A stretch of DNA of 64,000 nt from a candidate division WWE3 bacterium (GCA_027002375.1 JALWZX010000011.1:18317-82316); one strand, 5' to 3'; counted from the first letter of the stretch, positions 18,826 to 29,560 are shown. The notes: a model not told the origin generated them from the sequence alone. Made by a program: numbers and translations.

Positions 18826-21800
18826 TTGAGTATGAACCTGTCCAACATATTTGCAAAAATCAAGAAACGTCTTGCTATTGTCTCGTATTTGCAAAAGTGC
18901 TCTATTTATTTAACAGATATTGCCACCAAATTTTATGCACATTTGTCAAAGCGCTTTTACTGCTATGACAGTGCGAACGCACATATTGCGTTACTCTTAA
19001 GTATCCCTAAACTAATCGAAAAACATCTACAGCGTTCTTTTGCGGTTTTAATAACCCCAGCTAAAACCCTAATGATTTTGCTTCTAATATTATTTTTAGT
19101 GGTCGGTCCATTAACAACAAGCATGTCCTATGCTCAGAAAGAAAACGTGAGAAACAATCAGTCAGTCTACAAGTCTGATACCACTTCTCCTATCAAAAAT
19201 GTGTTACTAGCACTAAAAGACAGTGAAGGCGCCAATAAAGGTGATAAAACAAGTAAAGATATTCAAATTCCCACTACAAAACCACCTTTAGAGCCAGAAA
19301 ATTCAGATAACGTAATTCAAGCAAATAAGCCGATAAAACTTAAAATCAAAGATGAAACCATTAAAGCTAAAAAGTTGAGATACATTGTTGAGCGTGAAAA
19401 AACGCATGAAATGATCGAAGTCACTAGCATAATTGATGATATTAATAACCAGTTGGTATTAAAGCCAAAAAGGGCATTTAGACCGGGAAAATATAAGTTA
19501 CAAGTAGTAGAAAATATAGACGTAGACTCGACCAAAAACGAAAATGTACAAGCAAAGCAGAAAGACGCCAATAACGCACAAACAAAACCAAGCAATAACG
19601 ATCAGTCACCAACAGAACAACCCAATACTGATCGATCGACAACAGACCAAACTGACAACTCGTTAGATGAACAAGTCAACAGTACACAAACAACTGATTC
19701 CCCTTCTCAGCAACCTATATACGAACAAGAATTTTTATGGGGAGTCTTAGCATACAATAGCGACAAGGCACAATACCTATTGTATGAAACCGCTCAATTT
19801 CAAATCGGGGTCCTTGACGAACAAGGAAACATAATTTGCGATGCTGACATCGATTTAACAATCACAAACAAAGATGCAAATCATAAAACCATATTATCAA
19901 CGAAAACAGGCACTATAACTGAAAGCAACGAGTGTATTAAACATGATTTCACTCTAGAACCTGACTACAAGAGCGAATTACAACTCACCCATTCAGGAAA
20001 ATATACGGTAGAAATAACAGCAACAACAAAAAATGGAACATATAAAACAACCGATTCTTTTGAAGTAATAGAACCAGATGATGTTCCGTTTTTAATACAA
20101 AGAAATACGCCAACAAGAGTCTATCCAAAAAAAGATTATCCAGTTGAAATAACAATAATTCCAAATGAAGATTTTAATGGCGAAATTGTTGAAACAGTAC
20201 CAAGAGATTTTCTAATAAAAAGATCATATCTTGGAATTCCATATACAAATATTCAAAAAACGTCAGGAGATAAAAAAATAATATGGAAAATCAAGCTAGA
20301 AAAAGACGTGCCTGTGATTCTCTCTTATAAATACGATGCGCCGAATATATCACCACAATTTTATTTATTAGGTCCGATAGAGTTTGTGAGAACAACTGAA
20401 ACCACTACCCTATCTGATGAACCGAACCAAGATACTGATAATAATCGAAATCTATACAAAGATAATGAGTTAGATAACGCCAAAGATAAAAACAATAACA
20501 AGAACGCCGATAAAAACAACAGTACAAAGAAAAGCGATAATAACCAACAAACCAAGAATAAAAGTCAACAAAATCAAAATCCAAATCAACGAGACCAAAA
20601 TAAAATTAAAAATGTCGAGACTATAAGAAATATTGATATACCCTCGATAGACCTCGAACCAAACAACACCTACGCATCTAAAGTAACGACAAATAAAAAA
20701 GTAATATTTACAGAACAGAGAGAATGGCAGCTTGCCAATGACGCTATCGATGATTATGCAATATACACAGACACAAATGGAACACATGATACTGATAACT
20801 CATCGTACACAGGCGTACCCTTCAACAATCAAGTAGCACAGGGAGGTATCTTTACTCAAAATGCCAACGACATTGATGTAGGTTTAGGTTCTGATGGTCA
20901 CTATTTATTTGGATATGTAATACAGGCTAGAAACGATTCGTATGGCAATCGTATCTCTTATCTGTCTAGGGTCACATTAGACGAAACAGAAAATTTAACA
21001 GGACACGGCCAAGGGTATAGAAGAAACGCAACAAATGACAGATATTACACATACGGATATGGAATTGTAAATGCATCTTCTGGTGATAACATACGTGTAG
21101 AAGTTATTAGACAAGGTGATAATACAGCGTCACACACATTAGAAGCAAACCGATCCTCTTTTTGGTTAGTTAAATTAGACGACGATTGGGCATATTTAAA
21201 GTTACAAGGCCAAGACAATCAATCAACCTCGACTTCCCTGCAAGATATTAACTTTACCACATCGATAGAAAATACAGATACGGATACTTTTGGACACAGT
21301 ACGTCGACAAACTCAAATCAAATTACATTGAAATCATCAGGTCATTACTTGGTCACATACTCTGTAGGTGTTGACGGCGCTACAAGCAGAACTTCTGTAA
21401 CAACAAATTTAGCACTGAACGGTACAGCAATACCACAATCATATGATTACTCATACATACGATCGTTAAACTCTACAACACATGGTACTGCAACAAACAT
21501 GTCGATCATAAACGCATCTGCAAACGACGTTCTAACTTTAAAATGGGGCGCTACTGGTGCACACAGTTCATATGGAACTCAAACAAGATCAGACCGAACG
21601 TTTATTGCAGTTGTTAAATTGCCTGACGATGGCGATTATTTAATGGCACATGACACAAGTGGGACTCAAAACGTAGGCGGGTTAAACAATACGCTAACAT
21701 TCGACACATCAGACGAGGCAGATTCAACTTCTTTTTCATTTAGCACATCAACAGGTACAGCTACAATACAACAAGATGACACCTATTTATTTATGAGTGG

Positions 21801-24800
21801 TGCAAGAAGTAACAGAACAACAGGTACAGCCCGTCTAACAAGTGCGGGTTTATTTTACGTAAATGGGACACAACAAAGTGTTGGAAACACAGGTGTATAT
21901 GTCAGAGGTGATCAAGGTACACCAGACACATTTGATGGAGGCTGGACTGGTGCTGGCATTTTTGACCTGTCACAAAACGATCAAGTAACATTTAGACAAG
22001 TTGATGAAGGTGATAACGGTGGTGACGATAAGTTTGTAGCAAATGCACTCGGTTTAACCGCAATAAACCTAGATACAATCTTAATTCCAGTAACAAACGA
22101 TAGCCCTAATGCACCACAAACACCTTATGTAAATAATGATACAGCTCAGAGTGGGCAAGCTTCCCCTGTTTCTAACTTAACTGATATAACACCTGCGTTT
22201 TCTGCAATTTATGATGATAATGACGCATCTGATACCGCCCCTTTTTACCAAATTCAAGTAGGTGACGATACAGATTGGTCAGATGCACCAGAACTTTGGG
22301 ACAGTAACAAATCTTCTCTAACAACAGCCGTAAACGAAAATTCAAGATCTGAAGATATTATATATAATGGAACAGCTCTAACTGCAGGCTCAACATATTA
22401 CTGGCGAATAAAGTTTTGGGACAATAACGGTGCAGAAGGTGCGTGGTCAGCTACACAGCAATTTAGCATGGCAACAAATAACGATCCAAACGCACCACAA
22501 ACACCTTATGCAAATAACGATACTGCGCAATCCGGTCAGGTATCACCTGTTTATAATTTAACAGATACTACACCGGCCTTCTCTGCGATTTATGATGATG
22601 ATGATACTACAGACAAGGCTTCATATTATCAGTTACAAGTAGGTGACGATACAGATTGGTCAGATGCACCAGAGCTTTGGGACAGCACCAAGACGGCATT
22701 CACAACATCATTAGATGAAAATTCTAGGTCAGACGATATAATTTACGGTGGCTCTGCACTAACACTTGGCTCAACATATTACTGGCGAATAAAGTTTTGG
22801 GACAACAGAGGTGGTGAAGGCGCGTGGTCAGCTACACAACAATTTTCTCTAGCAAGTTCAGTCGGTAATGATGGCGACGTGGCAATTTATCAAGATACAA
22901 ATGGAACACATAATACCAATAATACATCATATACTGGCGTTCCGTTTAATAATGTTGTAACGCAAGACCCAACTTTTTCTCAAAACGCAAATGATATTGA
23001 CGTAAAACTTGTAAATGGTGGACACTATCTAGTTGGTTACAAAGTAGAAGCTCAAAACACATCTTACGGAAACAGAATTGGCTATCTGTCAAGATTATTG
23101 CTAAATAGTACAGAAGAATTATCGGCACATGGGCAGGGTTATAGAAGAGATGCAACGAACAACCGTTACTACGCTTACGGTTATGGTATTATAAGTGCAA
23201 ACGCGAGTAATAATATTAGGGTTGAAGTAATTAGAAACGGTACTAATTCTGCAGAACACGATCTCATTGCAAATAAATCTAGTTTCTGGTTAGCTAAACT
23301 AACAGATTCTTGGGCGTATTTAAGATTACAAGGTCAGGATAATCAAACGACATCGACTTCCCTACAAGATATAAACTTCACAACTTCTATAGAAAATAGT
23401 GATACGAATACATTCGGTCATAGTACATCAACTAACTCAAATCAAATTACTCTAAAACAAGCAGGCCATTATTTAGTTACGTACAATGTCGGTATAGACA
23501 GTACAACAGATAGAACATCTATTACGACAAACCTTGCTCTAAATGGGACTGCGATACCGCAATCATATGGTTACGCTTACGCTAGAGGTTTAAACGGTGC
23601 AACAGATGCAACAGCATCAAACATAACAATAATAAATGCATCCGTAAACGATATTTTAACATTAGAATGGGGCGCAACAGGCGCATATGCAACAAATGGA
23701 TCTCAAACAAGATCAGACAGAACTAGTATTCAAATTGTAAAGCTACCAGACACAGGTGATTATTTGCGAATTCACGAAAATACAGATGGTCAAGATATCG
23801 GTGGTCTAAATAACACAATAACATTTGATACATCAGATGAGGCAGATGCTAACTCTTTCACCTACTCTACCTCAACAAGCCAAACAACAATAAATAAAGG
23901 TGCTTTTTACATTTTTACATCAGGCGCACGGACACATAGAACAACTGGTGGCACAAGGTTAACCTCTAAAGGCGCATTTTTTATAGATGGCACTCAATCA
24001 GACTTAGCTAATACAGGTACTTATATTAGAGGTGTCCAATCACCAAATAATACACTAGATGGTGGTTGGTCAGCCGGCGGAATTCTATCGTTATCAAAAA
24101 ATAACGTTGTTGATTTTAGACAAATAGACGAAGGTGGCAACGGAGACGATGATAAGTTTGTCGCAAATTCATACGGAATAACAGCAGTAAACCTAAATTC
24201 TTTCTATACAATCTCAATATCAGGAACGTGCCAACAATACGATGAATCTACCAATTGTGCAAATGGTGAAACAGTAAAAGTAGCAGTAGACGGCCAACTA
24301 CAATCGCAAACCACAACAACATCATCGGGCACCTTCACAATTTCGGGTATTCCTAAACCAGCGAAAAATTCAGTAATAACCGTATTTCTCGACAATGTTA
24401 GTGATTCGAATGAGGCTGTAACAATAACTAAATACGCTGGCTCAGGTGATATATCAAATCTAAAACTATACGAAGAACATCTTACTTTAGGAAACGAGTC
24501 AAACACATCACCAATATCGAATTCTGATGTTGCCAAATACGACAACTCTGTCTCATCAGATGAAGATATATTTTTCGACGTAGACTCTAGTAATAACTTA
24601 ACGGTCGACTATACAGCACAATCAACACAAGAAAAATTATATGTACTAGCTAACAACACTTTCAGGCCAGATGACACAAATGCAACAACTGTTACTACAG
24701 AAAAAGTAAAAGTAGACGGGGGGCTAACGCTAGATCAAACAACATTCAAGATAACTGGATCTGGTACTGGTTCAAGTGTACCAATAACTTTTGGCTCAAA

Positions 24801-27051
24801 CGGGATTCTAACTGCGAATTCCCCATCAACAGTAGAATTTAGTGGCACATCAGCGACAGAAATTCCGGCATTAACCTATTACAACTTAAAACTAGCACCA
24901 TCAAGTGGCTCACCCACCCACACGCTTGGCACTGCCACATCGCAAACTATAGATATAAACGGCTCTCTAACGATAGGCGATTCTACAAATACAGTAACGG
25001 CAGATCTTGGCACATACTCACCCGCAATAAATATCAATAAAAGTTTAATAGTTAATTCTAACGCCACCATGTCAGGTTCATACTCAAACACTATTAAAAC
25101 CGCAGGTTCGGTAACCGGTGGTGGCGTGATTAACATCTCAGGCACAGGTTCGTTTGAAAATAACGCTTCTGCAAATGTTTCTTTTGGATCTTCAACGGGT
25201 TCTAATAACTGGTCGTTCAGCAATTTAGCTTTCACGAATTCTGTATTCACACCTGTAACAATAACGTTAAATTCGGGTGGTACAGGTACGATTCAGGTAA
25301 CCAATACTCTAACAATCGGCAATTCTGCAGATACAGAGACAACCATTTTAGATAACGAAACAAATGATCGTAACTTAGATTTAGTCGATTTAACAATTAC
25401 TGATAAGGGGGAATTTAAGGCATCTTCGACTTCCACACAAAAAATTGCACAAAACTTTACAAATAATGGTACGTTTACGCCAAACAATTCAACCATAGAG
25501 TTTGATGATTCAACTAAGACTTCCAAATTATTATATTCTAGTAACACAACATTCTATAATCTAACCGTAAATACAGATAATAAACAAATACAATTCGACG
25601 AAACTGAACAAACAAATATAACAGGAACATTAACATTGCAAGGTTCAGCCTGCGGAACTAGCAGAGTACTAGTAGATTCTACAACAGACAACGACCAATT
25701 TGATATAAACGCAACAGGATCAACAACAACAGAATATGTTGATATAGAAGATTCAAATGCAGTAACAGCGCTAACAGCACGAAACGCAACTGAAGATAAT
25801 GGCGGTAACACTAACTGGACAATAATCGCAGGATCTTGTGGTTCAAACACCCCACCAAATGACCCGACATCTTTAACACAGGCTAAAACAGACGATACAG
25901 TTTTAAACACAGGTGACTATACAAACGAAACTTCAATAAAATTTTCTGCATCGGCAAGTGATACTGACAACCCTGATGGCTTAAAATTGTGTGTAGAAAT
26001 ACAACCAGTTGGCACAGCGTTTACAGGCACATCTACACAATGTTCAGACGAACAAACATATACTGGTTCAGCTCTCACATTAACTACAACGATATCTGGT
26101 TTAGATGCAGACGAATCTTATCATTGGCAAGCAAAAATCACAGATACAGCAAATTCTGATTCTAACTGGGTTTCATATGGGGGAAATCTAGAGACGGCTC
26201 GCGATGTAGGCATAGACACAACAGCACCAACCGTTGCAACTATATACGATGGCGATGTTAACGGTGTTGATAAAGAGATTAGCTCGAGCTCCCTATCAGA
26301 ATTATCTGCAAATTGGGATAACTTTGATGCAACAGTATCCGGCATCAAAGAATATGAATATTCAATTGGTCTAACTCAGGGTGGCACAGAAATTCTAGGT
26401 TGGACATCAAATGGAACAAGCACATCAGTAACGGCAACGGGTTTAACATTGCAAACTTCAAAAGTATATTATTTCAATGTAAGAGCAACTGATAATGCAA
26501 GTAATATCTCTAATGTTGCATCATCAGATGGGCAGATTGTAGCACCAAGTTTGCAGTTTTCTGTAACACCACCGACAGTAGAATTCTCTAACTTAAATGC
26601 ATTGAATGGATATTCAGCAGAACAAACTGCAACATTAACTACATCAACTAATGCTTACAATGGGTACGAGATTCGGGCATTTTTGGCTAACTTGCTGACA
26701 TCCAGCGACGGCGTAAACACAATCCAAAACTTTGACGGTGGCACCTACTCTGCCCCTGCTTCATGGGATTCTTCAGATAGAGGTTTCGGATACACATCTA
26801 GCGACACTTCAATACAAGGTGTAGATAAATTTAATTCGTCAACATGTGCAGGGGGCGGAGCCGCTCCTTGTTATGCACCATTTGCAACATCATCACCTGG
26901 CGACATAGTCGCAGATCACGAATCCACAGTAAGCGGCTCCGCGATATCAAATGAGCAATTCAACGTAACTTACAAAGTACAAACTGACTCAACGCAACCT
27001 GCATCTAAATATTCGACAACAGTTATATACGCAATTACAGCTAAATATTAA
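18826..27051 (+). CDS. giant (2741 aa) secreted adhesin-like protein with rhamnosidase-N-type FN3 tandem domains, duplicated ~440-aa lectin-like module, FN3 domains and C-terminal WxL-like (YxL) anchoring domain
   Basis: Signal/TM segment (LMILLLILFLVVGPLTTSMSYAQ). The true start may be the internal Met at 19072. Two FN3-like units with the GH78-N signature (...STYYWRIKFWDN.G.EGAWS). Large internal duplication. C-terminal FN3s (YHWQAKITD, YYFNVRATD). Final ~170 aa are homologous to the C-terminus of ORF 28362-29477. Confidence 0.75.
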   Translation: MSMNLSNIFAKIKKRLAIVSYLQKCSIYLTDIATKFYAHLSKRFYCYDSANAHIALLLSIPKLIEKHLQRSFAVLITPAKTLMILLLILFLVVGPLTTSMSYAQKENVRNNQSVYKSDTTSPIKNVLLALKDSEGANKGDKTSKDIQIPTTKPPLEPENSDNVIQANKPIKLKIKDETIKAKKLRYIVEREKTHEMIEVTSIIDDINNQLVLKPKRAFRPGKYKLQVVENIDVDSTKNENVQAKQKDANNAQTKPSNNDQSPTEQPNTDRSTTDQTDNSLDEQVNSTQTTDSPSQQPIYEQEFLWGVLAYNSDKAQYLLYETAQFQIGVLDEQGNIICDADIDLTITNKDANHKTILSTKTGTITESNECIKHDFTLEPDYKSELQLTHSGKYTVEITATTKNGTYKTTDSFEVIEPDDVPFLIQRNTPTRVYPKKDYPVEITIIPNEDFNGEIVETVPRDFLIKRSYLGIPYTNIQKTSGDKKIIWKIKLEKDVPVILSYKYDAPNISPQFYLLGPIEFVRTTETTTLSDEPNQDTDNNRNLYKDNELDNAKDKNNNKNADKNNSTKKSDNNQQTKNKSQQNQNPNQRDQNKIKNVETIRNIDIPSIDLEPNNTYASKVTTNKKVIFTEQREWQLANDAIDDYAIYTDTNGTHDTDNSSYTGVPFNNQVAQGGIFTQNANDIDVGLGSDGHYLFGYVIQARNDSYGNRISYLSRVTLDETENLTGHGQGYRRNATNDRYYTYGYGIVNASSGDNIRVEVIRQGDNTASHTLEANRSSFWLVKLDDDWAYLKLQGQDNQSTSTSLQDINFTTSIENTDTDTFGHSTSTNSNQITLKSSGHYLVTYSVGVDGATSRTSVTTNLALNGTAIPQSYDYSYIRSLNSTTHGTATNMSIINASANDVLTLKWGATGAHSSYGTQTRSDRTFIAVVKLPDDGDYLMAHDTSGTQNVGGLNNTLTFDTSDEADSTSFSFSTSTGTATIQQDDTYLFMSGARSNRTTGTARLTSAGLFYVNGTQQSVGNTGVYVRGDQGTPDTFDGGWTGAGIFDLSQNDQVTFRQVDEGDNGGDDKFVANALGLTAINLDTILIPVTNDSPNAPQTPYVNNDTAQSGQASPVSNLTDITPAFSAIYDDNDASDTAPFYQIQVGDDTDWSDAPELWDSNKSSLTTAVNENSRSEDIIYNGTALTAGSTYYWRIKFWDNNGAEGAWSATQQFSMATNNDPNAPQTPYANNDTAQSGQVSPVYNLTDTTPAFSAIYDDDDTTDKASYYQLQVGDDTDWSDAPELWDSTKTAFTTSLDENSRSDDIIYGGSALTLGSTYYWRIKFWDNRGGEGAWSATQQFSLASSVGNDGDVAIYQDTNGTHNTNNTSYTGVPFNNVVTQDPTFSQNANDIDVKLVNGGHYLVGYKVEAQNTSYGNRIGYLSRLLLNSTEELSAHGQGYRRDATNNRYYAYGYGIISANASNNIRVEVIRNGTNSAEHDLIANKSSFWLAKLTDSWAYLRLQGQDNQTTSTSLQDINFTTSIENSDTNTFGHSTSTNSNQITLKQAGHYLVTYNVGIDSTTDRTSITTNLALNGTAIPQSYGYAYARGLNGATDATASNITIINASVNDILTLEWGATGAYATNGSQTRSDRTSIQIVKLPDTGDYLRIHENTDGQDIGGLNNTITFDTSDEADANSFTYSTSTSQTTINKGAFYIFTSGARTHRTTGGTRLTSKGAFFIDGTQSDLANTGTYIRGVQSPNNTLDGGWSAGGILSLSKNNVVDFRQIDEGGNGDDDKFVANSYGITAVNLNSFYTISISGTCQQYDESTNCANGETVKVAVDGQLQSQTTTTSSGTFTISGIPKPAKNSVITVFLDNVSDSNEAVTITKYAGSGDISNLKLYEEHLTLGNESNTSPISNSDVAKYDNSVSSDEDIFFDVDSSNNLTVDYTAQSTQEKLYVLANNTFRPDDTNATTVTTEKVKVDGGLTLDQTTFKITGSGTGSSVPITFGSNGILTANSPSTVEFSGTSATEIPALTYYNLKLAPSSGSPTHTLGTATSQTIDINGSLTIGDSTNTVTADLGTYSPAININKSLIVNSNATMSGSYSNTIKTAGSVTGGGVINISGTGSFENNASANVSFGSSTGSNNWSFSNLAFTNSVFTPVTITLNSGGTGTIQVTNTLTIGNSADTETTILDNETNDRNLDLVDLTITDKGEFKASSTSTQKIAQNFTNNGTFTPNNSTIEFDDSTKTSKLLYSSNTTFYNLTVNTDNKQIQFDETEQTNITGTLTLQGSACGTSRVLVDSTTDNDQFDINATGSTTTEYVDIEDSNAVTALTARNATEDNGGNTNWTIIAGSCGSNTPPNDPTSLTQAKTDDTVLNTGDYTNETSIKFSASASDTDNPDGLKLCVEIQPVGTAFTGTSTQCSDEQTYTGSALTLTTTISGLDADESYHWQAKITDTANSDSNWVSYGGNLETARDVGIDTTAPTVATIYDGDVNGVDKEISSSSLSELSANWDNFDATVSGIKEYEYSIGLTQGGTEILGWTSNGTSTSVTATGLTLQTSKVYYFNVRATDNASNISNVASSDGQIVAPSLQFSVTPPTVEFSNLNALNGYSAEQTATLTTSTNAYNGYEIRAFLANLLTSSDGVNTIQNFDGGTYSAPASWDSSDRGFGYTSSDTSIQGVDKFNSSTCAGGGAAPCYAPFATSSPGDIVADHESTVSGSAISNEQFNVTYKVQTDSTQPASKYSTTVIYAITAKY
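20750..22080 (+). repeat. intragenic duplication unit A1 (~443 aa lectin-like triple module) of giant adhesin gene
   Basis: Protein segment IYTDTNGTHDTDNSSYTGVPFNN...KFVANALGLTAINLD is ~70% identical to A2. Confidence 0.8.
22095..22478 (+). repeat. intragenic tandem repeat b1 (128-aa rhamnosidase-N-type FN3 unit)
   Basis: NDSPNAPQTPYVNNDTAQSGQ...STYYWRIKFWDNNGAEGAWSATQQFSMA. ~85% identical to b2 at the DNA level. Confidence 0.8.
22479..22862 (+). repeat. intragenic tandem repeat b2 (128-aa FN3 unit)
   Basis: NDPNAPQTPYANNDTAQSGQ...STYYWRIKFWDNRGGEGAWSATQQFSLA. Confidence 0.8.
22875..24205 (+). repeat. intragenic duplication unit A2
   Basis: IYQDTNGTHNTNNTSYTGVPFNN...KFVANSYGITAVNLN. Collinear with A1. 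Confidence 0.8.
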
Positions 27052-27164
27052 TTATGTGGAATTCAAGCAAAACCTTAAAACAAAAGAAAAATCTAGAAGC
27101 ACAACCACACAAGCGTCGAAAAGTTACCGAGTCTACCAAGTTCAAAAGCGAAACACCACGGACT

Positions 27165-27257
27165 AAAGCCCGTAGTTTCTTATCGCCAATTACCATATTA
27201 ACTAACCCTATCCACACACTAAAGTGTATGAATTTAAGTTTGGTGACAATAAGGCTA
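27165..27257 (+). repeat. MITE-like interspersed repeat, copy 1 (hairpin + TTATCGCCAAT ... AAGTTTGGTGACAATAA)
   Basis: Shares the ~90-bp consensus ...TTTCTTATCGCTAATTATTATATTGACTAACTCCATCCACACATTAAAGTGCGTATTTTTAAGTTTGGCGATAATAAA with 5 other loci. Confidence 0.6.
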
Positions 27258-28352
27258 GCACTAATATTGGCTGTTCTTACTTTACTAATTTTATTGTTTC
27301 CGTTAAAAACACAGGCAAAAGATTTGATAATTAAGAATCAACTAGAAAGCGAAAATGCATACATACAAGATAATACACAAAATACACAACAACCTGTGTT
27401 TAGAAAGCCAACAATTGATTCCCACAATGATTTCACAGACAAAACCCTTTCTAACCCACAAGTTAAAGGAAAAGCAGTTTTATCAACAATAGCGATTGGC
27501 GTATCGCCTGCCATAGCTGAACTTCCCGTAGACCCTGTGAAAACTAAAGTTGCGAAAGTATATGTTTTTAACAATACCAATGTGCCACTACCAATACATG
27601 CTTTTTCTGATAATTTTTCTGTAAACGAAATTGTAATAGACAGTACAAAAGACAATTCAAACACTTTCGATGCTTCAAATTGGATAACAATAGACCCACC
27701 TGACTTTATACTTCAACCAAACGAAGAAAAAGAGGTCTATATCTCAATTTCGCCTACACCAAATGCAGAACCAGGTGGGCATTATGCCACCGTTTACTTT
27801 AGACCCTTAATCTCAGAAGAATATATAACCCCAGATAAAACCTACTTAACTGCACAAATTGGTGTATTATTGTTCTTAACTGTTTCAGGAAAAATCAAAG
27901 AATCTGCAAATATTTCTAACTTAACTTTACCTAAATACCCTACGCCAGATAACTTTTTACCAACAGTTTACATACAAAACAACGGAAACATACATATAAT
28001 TCCCAAAGGTAAAATAACAATCAAGGGCTTGTTTAGAAAAACAACACATGAATTCCCAATAGAAAATTCAATAGTTCTACCAAATACAGAAAAAAAGGTG
28101 GTTTCGCATACCAAGGCTTCATTAAAGACGGGACTATATCGAACATATTTTACAGGCAATTATGGTAGCAACAACAAGCCACTGGCCAGTAGCGACAAGA
28201 TATTCTTCGTATTCCCAAACCACAAGACACTTATTACTATATTTATTCTAATAATAGTTACACTTTTAGTTCAAAAGTTTCATAGAAACATACCATTGGC
28301 TATAAAAGTCTTGTTTGGTAAAATTGATGAATACAAAAGTGGCAGGAACTAA
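27228..28352 (+). CDS. CscA/DUF916-like cell-surface protein (signal peptide + C-terminal TM anchor), paralog 1
   Basis: Signal peptide MNLSLVTIRLALILAVLTLLILLFPLKTQA. Conserved core with paralog 29827-30915 (PTPNAEPGGHYATVYF vs PPTNAEPGGHFGSIVF). C-terminal TM LITIFILIIVTLLV plus basic tail. The ORF-track start at 27054 is extended through a repeat element and is probably artefactual. Confidence 0.55.
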   Translation: MNLSLVTIRLALILAVLTLLILLFPLKTQAKDLIIKNQLESENAYIQDNTQNTQQPVFRKPTIDSHNDFTDKTLSNPQVKGKAVLSTIAIGVSPAIAELPVDPVKTKVAKVYVFNNTNVPLPIHAFSDNFSVNEIVIDSTKDNSNTFDASNWITIDPPDFILQPNEEKEVYISISPTPNAEPGGHYATVYFRPLISEEYITPDKTYLTAQIGVLLFLTVSGKIKESANISNLTLPKYPTPDNFLPTVYIQNNGNIHIIPKGKITIKGLFRKTTHEFPIENSIVLPNTEKKVVSHTKASLKTGLYRTYFTGNYGSNNKPLASSDKIFFVFPNHKTLITIFILIIVTLLVQKFHRNIPLAIKVLFGKIDEYKSGRN

Positions 28353-28361
28353 TTTTGGTTA

Positions 28362-29477
28362 TTGCCACTTTTGTGTTTTTTAGTAATCAAAAAGGAGGTG
28401 ACTAGTACACAAATGAAAAACAAAAAATTATTTAAAGTTTTTTCTATGTTATCAGTTACTGCGCTCACGCTTTCACAGGTGGCACTTTCCCTGTCTATGC
28501 CAACTGCTCAAGCAGCATCACTGTCTGACGGCTCTGTTTCGCTTAGCGATTCACGACCCAGTCAAACCAATGTTACCTATACATCTTCATTTCAAAATGT
28601 TTCGGCAACATCAATTCAATGTATAGAATTAAACTTTAACACTGTAGCAAGTGGCACAGGTTCAGTACCAACAGGAATGTCTACTACTAGTGCGACATTA
28701 AATAGTTCATCAACATACATAACTCCAGCCAACTGGACTGTTGATGCAACAACCAATGGTACTGTTAAACTAACCTACGCAACTGGCGAAAGTGGAACAG
28801 ACGGTAATATCATATTAGATGGAATCACAAATGGTTCAACGGTAGACACAGGGTATTTCTTGCGATTTACAACATATAGTGATTCTAGCTGTACTACAGC
28901 TGTAGACAACGCAACTATAATGTTCATCTATACTAACGGGCAACTCGTTTCGTTAACGGTAGACCCAACATTGAGCTTTAGCGTTGCTTCAGTAGCCTCA
29001 GGTCAAACAGTCAACGGTGCAACAACAAATGTTGCTACATCAACAACAACAATACCTTTTGGAACAGTAACAACAAGTACAGATGTAGTCGCCGCACACG
29101 ATTTAACCGTCACAACAAATGCAACCAATGGTTATACCTTATATACAAGATATACGGGACAATTAACCAATGGATCAGGTGCAACAATTGATGATGTATC
29201 AGGTACAAACGCAACACCAGCATCTTTTGATACGGGCGAAGCCTTTGGTTATACTACAAACGATGCAACATTAAGTAGTGCACCAGTAGACAGATTTACA
29301 TCTAGCGGTGGTAATAAATGGGCTTCTTTCACAACATCAAATGCAGAAGTCGCATACGCCGATTCAGCAGTAGATACAGACACAACAAGAGTTGGTTACC
29401 AAGTAGGCATAGCCGGAACAACAGAAGCTGGAACCTACACAACAACTGTTGTATATACTGCAACACCTACCTATTAA
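28362..29477 (+). CDS. secreted protein with C-terminal WxL-like (YxL variant) domain
   Basis: Signal peptide ending AQA. C-terminal ~170 aa (LSFSV...IPFGTV...HDLTVTTNATNGYTLY...GTYTTTVVYTATPTY) are collinear with the C-terminus of the 2741-aa protein. The layout matches the WxL domain with Trp replaced by Tyr. Confidence 0.55.
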   Translation: MPLLCFLVIKKEVTSTQMKNKKLFKVFSMLSVTALTLSQVALSLSMPTAQAASLSDGSVSLSDSRPSQTNVTYTSSFQNVSATSIQCIELNFNTVASGTGSVPTGMSTTSATLNSSSTYITPANWTVDATTNGTVKLTYATGESGTDGNIILDGITNGSTVDTGYFLRFTTYSDSSCTTAVDNATIMFIYTNGQLVSLTVDPTLSFSVASVASGQTVNGATTNVATSTTTIPFGTVTTSTDVVAAHDLTVTTNATNGYTLYTRYTGQLTNGSGATIDDVSGTNATPASFDTGEAFGYTTNDATLSSAPVDRFTSSGGNKWASFTTSNAEVAYADSAVDTDTTRVGYQVGIAGTTEAGTYTTTVVYTATPTY

Positions 29478-29526
29478 AAATAATGTAAATGTAGAAAATC
29501 CTTATCTTGAATTAAAGATAAAAAAT

Positions 29527-29560
29527 AGAAGCCCCGGGCATACGCCCGGGGCTTCTTAGA
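29527..29560 (+). terminator. rho-independent terminator (GAAGCCCCGGGC-atac-GCCCGGGGCTTC + T-rich tail)
   Basis: Perfect 12-bp GC-rich stem 50 nt after the stop of ORF 28362-29477. Confidence 0.7.

Noticed and set aside
20750-24205. Tandem and dispersed repeats as a possible CRISPR array
   Set aside because: Units are 384 bp and 1.3 kb, lie inside an open reading frame, and encode protein domains. There is no short repeat-spacer periodicity.
19317-26348. Minus-strand small ORFs inside the 2741-aa gene
   Set aside because: Same reasoning. The plus-strand protein has clear domain structure and repeats, and the antisense frames are low-complexity.
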